Origin: Anthoceros angustus
Taxonomy: Eukaryota; Plantae; Anthocerotophyta
DNA: 64,000 nt
Assembly (NCBI GenBank): GCA_010909165.1
Contig: VJWM01000106.1
Span: 496,001 to 560,000, forward strand
Direction: 5' to 3'
The notes under the pieces are model-generated. The model saw nothing but the letters and a program-made list of their open reading frames with translations, ran no database searches and was not told the origin of the DNA. The first letter of the stretch is position 1; every line of letters starts with the position of its first letter. Of the stretch, positions 60,586 through 64,000 are shown in pieces. The translations under genes were made by a program, and so were the position numbers.

Positions 60586-61810
60586 TACGCCATTTTGTTG
60601 AGGAGTGTATACAACTGTAAGCTGTTGAGCTATACCTTCAGCTCGACAAAACTCCTCAAATTCAGTAGATGTAAACTCTCCACCATTGTCGGAATGTAAG
60701 GTCTTGAGTTTGTTATCTGTAAGTCTCTCAGCCCATTTCATGTAGCCCTTGAAGAAGTGAAAAGGAACACTCTTGTTTTTCAAGATGTAGGAAAAGGCAA
60801 AACGAGAGAAATCATCTGTGAATGTCAAAAAGTATCTACTACCACTAAAGGAGGGTGTAGACAAGGGTCCACAAATGTCTGTGTGTACTATCTCTAAAGG
60901 TAACTTGGCCCTTCGTAGAGATTTATTTTTGAAAGGCTCTTGATGTCGTTTAGTAAGGACACAAGATTCGCACCAAGGTAGGTGCTCAACCTTTGCAAGG
61001 CAAGGGGTTCTATATAAAGCTCGCTTAGACATTTGGATTAACTTTTGACTATTAGGATGACCAAGGCGATAATGCCAAAGCATGGTTTGGGTAGGTGTCG
61101 CTGAATTTGGAATGGCAACATTAGCAGAATGGGTAGCTCCCACTTGTACTGACAATCTATAGAGACCATCATCTAAAGTGCCTGTGCAAATCGTATAGTT
61201 TCTATCACTTATGTAAGAGAGAAGACAACTATCTGCATAAAGGATCACTGCAGTGTGTTCTTGACAAAGACTTGCGGTGATACTAGATTCTTGCACATTG
61301 AAGGAACATGGAGGACTTGATGAAGATGAAGAACACGAATCACACTTGAATACAATTGAACCGACACCCGCTATGGGTAGGTTGTGATCATCTCGGGAGG
61401 ACGGTGATGTCACATGTGGTGAGTAAGACTCAAAAGAGTTTCTGTAACAAATATGTGAAGTAGCTCCACTGTCTAGGTACCATGAGGTATTGGAGGGCTT
61501 GGAAGAAGCCAAGCAACAGTGAGCACTGCTGGAGTTGAGGAAGATTGTTTCTTCGCTGCAATGTTAGCTCCAGGTGGGGCCTCCTTCCGAGGTTCCATGT
61601 TCTTCTTCTTGCGACAATCCTTTTCCATGTGATTTGGGATTCTGCACCAATTATATATAATCCCACTCTTCTTGTTACCTCTTGCAGGTGTTGAAGAAGA
61701 TGCCTCTCCATCTTGGAAAGTATGTGCAGGATATGGGGGTTGTTGGAAAGCAGAACCTCGGCCTCTGCCTCGTCCTCTTCCTCTACCCCTTTGTGAATAC
61801 ATCACCTACT
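60586..61810 (-). mobile_element. Ty1/Copia fragment 1: gag zinc knuckle, protease, GAG-pre-integrase and truncated integrase
   Basis: CRIPNHMEKDC; WYLDSGATSHIC; LWHYRLGHPN..CESC; VHTDICGP, FTDDFSR, LHSDNGGEF, PQQNGVA. It is cut just before the catalytic E. Confidence 0.92.
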
Positions 61811-61860
61811 GCTTGCTGGCTCTAGAGTGATGGTGACCCTAACAATCCTGTGTTTGGCAG

Positions 61861-62660
61861 CAACTGAAGGATATTGAGATCCTGTCCAAACTTCCAGATG
61901 TCTTCCAACATTTCATTTTTGAAGTTAATAATTGGAAAGGAGGAGGCGTTTTCATGGACAAGGACCTTGAGGAAGGATTAGAGGTCTTCAATGTTCCATC
62001 CTCGGAAAAACAAGTACAATACCAAGTGGAAAGCGAGATGTGTTAGACATGCGAGGATTAGAGGACGGGCACACACTTCTTGTGATTGACGTTCCAAGGG
62101 GGTTTCAAATCGGGCCTATGGACAAACGAGTGGACAAGCAGATGATGGATACTGTTTTGCAGAGCTTTGCAGAGAAAACAACACGCGATGAGTTGAGAAT
62201 GATTGTGATGCATGGTGTGGAGGAGGCTCACACTGTGAGGGAGTCGATGCGGAAGTGGAGCAGGAAAGGGGGGTTGGTCTCATTTGTATGGGACAAGACG
62301 AACATGAACAATGACAGGGGTGGGTTTGAAACCATGGAATATGTCACGGTGGGTTGGGGACTGAAAGTTGCGTGCATAGGGGATAGGGTTCCAATGCTGC
62401 CAAATGCCATGCACGGTACTTTCAACAATGGGAACAATGTAATCGCTCATGATACGGTTGTGAAGAAACAGGTGTACATGTCACAAGACAAGCTGGTGGT
62501 ATGCCCATACCAGAGGCCTCTGGGGCTTATGATGAAACTTATCAAAACCTTCTCCAAAGAGGGAGATTGGGTTTTGGACGCTTGCTCTGGGAGTGGGACA
62601 ACGTTATTGGCGGCCCTACTGTGTGGACAAAATTGTATTGCTATTGAGGCTGACTTGAGG
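61861..62660 (+). CDS. Beta-class amino-DNA-methyltransferase (N4C/N6A, N6_N4_Mtase-like); probable fragment, C-terminus cut by Copia sequence
   Basis: Motif order IV...X-I: KRDVLDMRGLEDGHTLLVIDVPRG (compare GDxL..LPD.SVDLI.TDPPY), FVWDK, YQRPLGLMMKLIKTFSKEGDWVLDACSGSGTTLLAALLCGQNCIAIE (compare QKP..L..LI...S..GD.VLDPF.GSGTT..AA...GR..IGIE). The core ORF is 62040-62732. The upstream frame from about 61861 joins with +1 A at 62030-62032. Confidence 0.85.
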
Positions 62661-63993
62661 TGTGCACTATCTCTAAAGGTGACTTGGCCCTTTGTGGAGA
62701 TTTATTTTGAAAGGCTCTTGATGTCGCTTTAGTGAGGACACAAGATTCGCACCAAGGTAGGTGTTCAACCTTTGCAAGGCAAGGGGTTCTATATAAAGCT
62801 CCCTTAGACATTTGGATTAATTTTGACTATTAGGATGACCAAGGCGACAATGCCAAAGCATGGTTTGGGTAGGTGTGCTGGGTTTGGAATGGCAACATTA
62901 GCGTAATGGGTGGCTCCCACTTGTACCGACAATCTATAGAGACCATCATCTAAAGTGCCTGCATTGTATAGTTTCTATCACTTATGAAAGAGAGAAGACA
63001 ACTATTCCGCATAAAGGATCACCGCAGAGTGTGTTCTTGACAAAGACTTGCGATACTAGATTCTTGCACATTGAAGGAACATGGAGGACTTGATGAAGAT
63101 GAAGAACACGAATCACACTTGAATACAAGAACCGACACCCGCTATGGGTAGGTTGTGATCATCTCCCGTGAGGATGATCGATGTCCTGTGGTGAGTAAGA
63201 CTCAAAAGAGTTTCTGTAACAAATATGTGAAGTAGCTCCATTGCCTAAGTACCATGAGGTATTGGAGGGCTTGGAAGAAGCCAAGCACAAAGTGAGCACC
63301 TGGAGTTGAGGAAGATTGTTTCTTCGCCGCAATGTTAGCTCGGTGGGGCCTCCCGAGGTTCCCATTCTTCTTCTTACGACAATCCTTTTCCATGTGATTT
63401 GGGATTCTCGCACCAATTACATATAATCCCATCTTCTTGTTACCTCTTGCGGTGTTGAAGAAGATGCCTCCATCTTTGAGATAGGTACGCCAATTGCATA
63501 TTCCAAATGAGATCGTGCCAATCGAAAAGCATTAACATGATGTTCGATGGTGTCAGACTCCTTCATTGAGAGGTTGCGGAAGTTACGTGAAGCTGCAACA
63601 ATACTCATTACATCTCGAGATGAATATAATTGAGCAAGGTGAGTCCACATATCCTTGGAGGTCTTTGCGTGTGCGACATGTCTCACCATATGTTGAGAAA
63701 GTATAGTCCACTGACCAATAAATCTTGTGCCTTCTCGTCCCTGGCGTCCCTGGAAGGTTGAAGTTCACATTCAAATCGGGCGTGTGGTCTTGGAATTGAT
63801 CCATCGACGATACTCCAAAGGTCTCTTTGCCGCAAAGCTCCTCGCATTCTCAATCCCCAGATGTCATAATCCTTTCCATTGAATCTGTCTTTCTCTTTGA
63901 AGCTATCACTATAATGATAATGCAATGAAGTGTTAGCATTATCATTACCCAATGGGGAACAGCTTGTTCTTCATCATTGATCACTCCAGCCAT
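62661..63993 (-). mobile_element. Ty1/Copia fragment 2 (gag to GAG-pre-integrase); a related, more disrupted copy of fragment 1
   Basis: Gag RFNGKDYDIWGLRMRGALRQRDLW and HAKTSKDMWTHLAQLY; protease WYLGNGATSHIC (catalytic D lost). 62661-63470 is near-collinear with 60880-61715. Confidence 0.9.
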
Positions 63994-64000
63994 TGTAGGT

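Noticed and set aside
1-64000. tRNA, rRNA and snRNA genes
   Set aside because: None were recognised by eye; tRNAscan-SE and Infernal/Rfam would be needed to exclude them.

Overview
Nuclear DNA of a gene-dense, seed-free land plant. The basis is short GT-AG introns of about 70-150 bp, GC-rich exons, AAACCCTAA telo-boxes and plastid transit peptides; hornwort or lycophyte is my inference and cannot be confirmed from this window. Host genes: a TPR protein (partial, runs off the left edge), PRAI/trpF, an intronless Q-rich orphan ORF, alpha-amylase, an At4g04980/CHUP1-C-terminal-like protein, a full-size ABCG/PDR transporter, an intronless DIS3/RRP44, plastid EF-P, beta-1,2-xylosyltransferase (XYLT) and bifunctional RIBA. 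Mobile DNA: a TIR/TSD-bounded MULE with a defective transposase, an older MULE relic, a MITE, a chromovirus Gypsy relic, two Copia fragments, four 3' ends of an RLE-type non-LTR retroelement and GHTHxxID-type transposase fragments. The most unusual items are (1) a prokaryote-type beta-class N4C/N6A DNA methyltransferase ORF wedged between two Copia fragments, (2) an ABCG/PDR protein with a PDZ-like domain on its own phase-0 exon, largely degenerate ATPase motifs and an NPF/WNPxLSR-repeat N-terminus, and (3) an intact, intronless DIS3 that looks like a retrogene. Several 1-bp frameshifts sit in homopolymers and may be long-read assembly errors. All domain calls are from motif recognition by eye; no searches were run.
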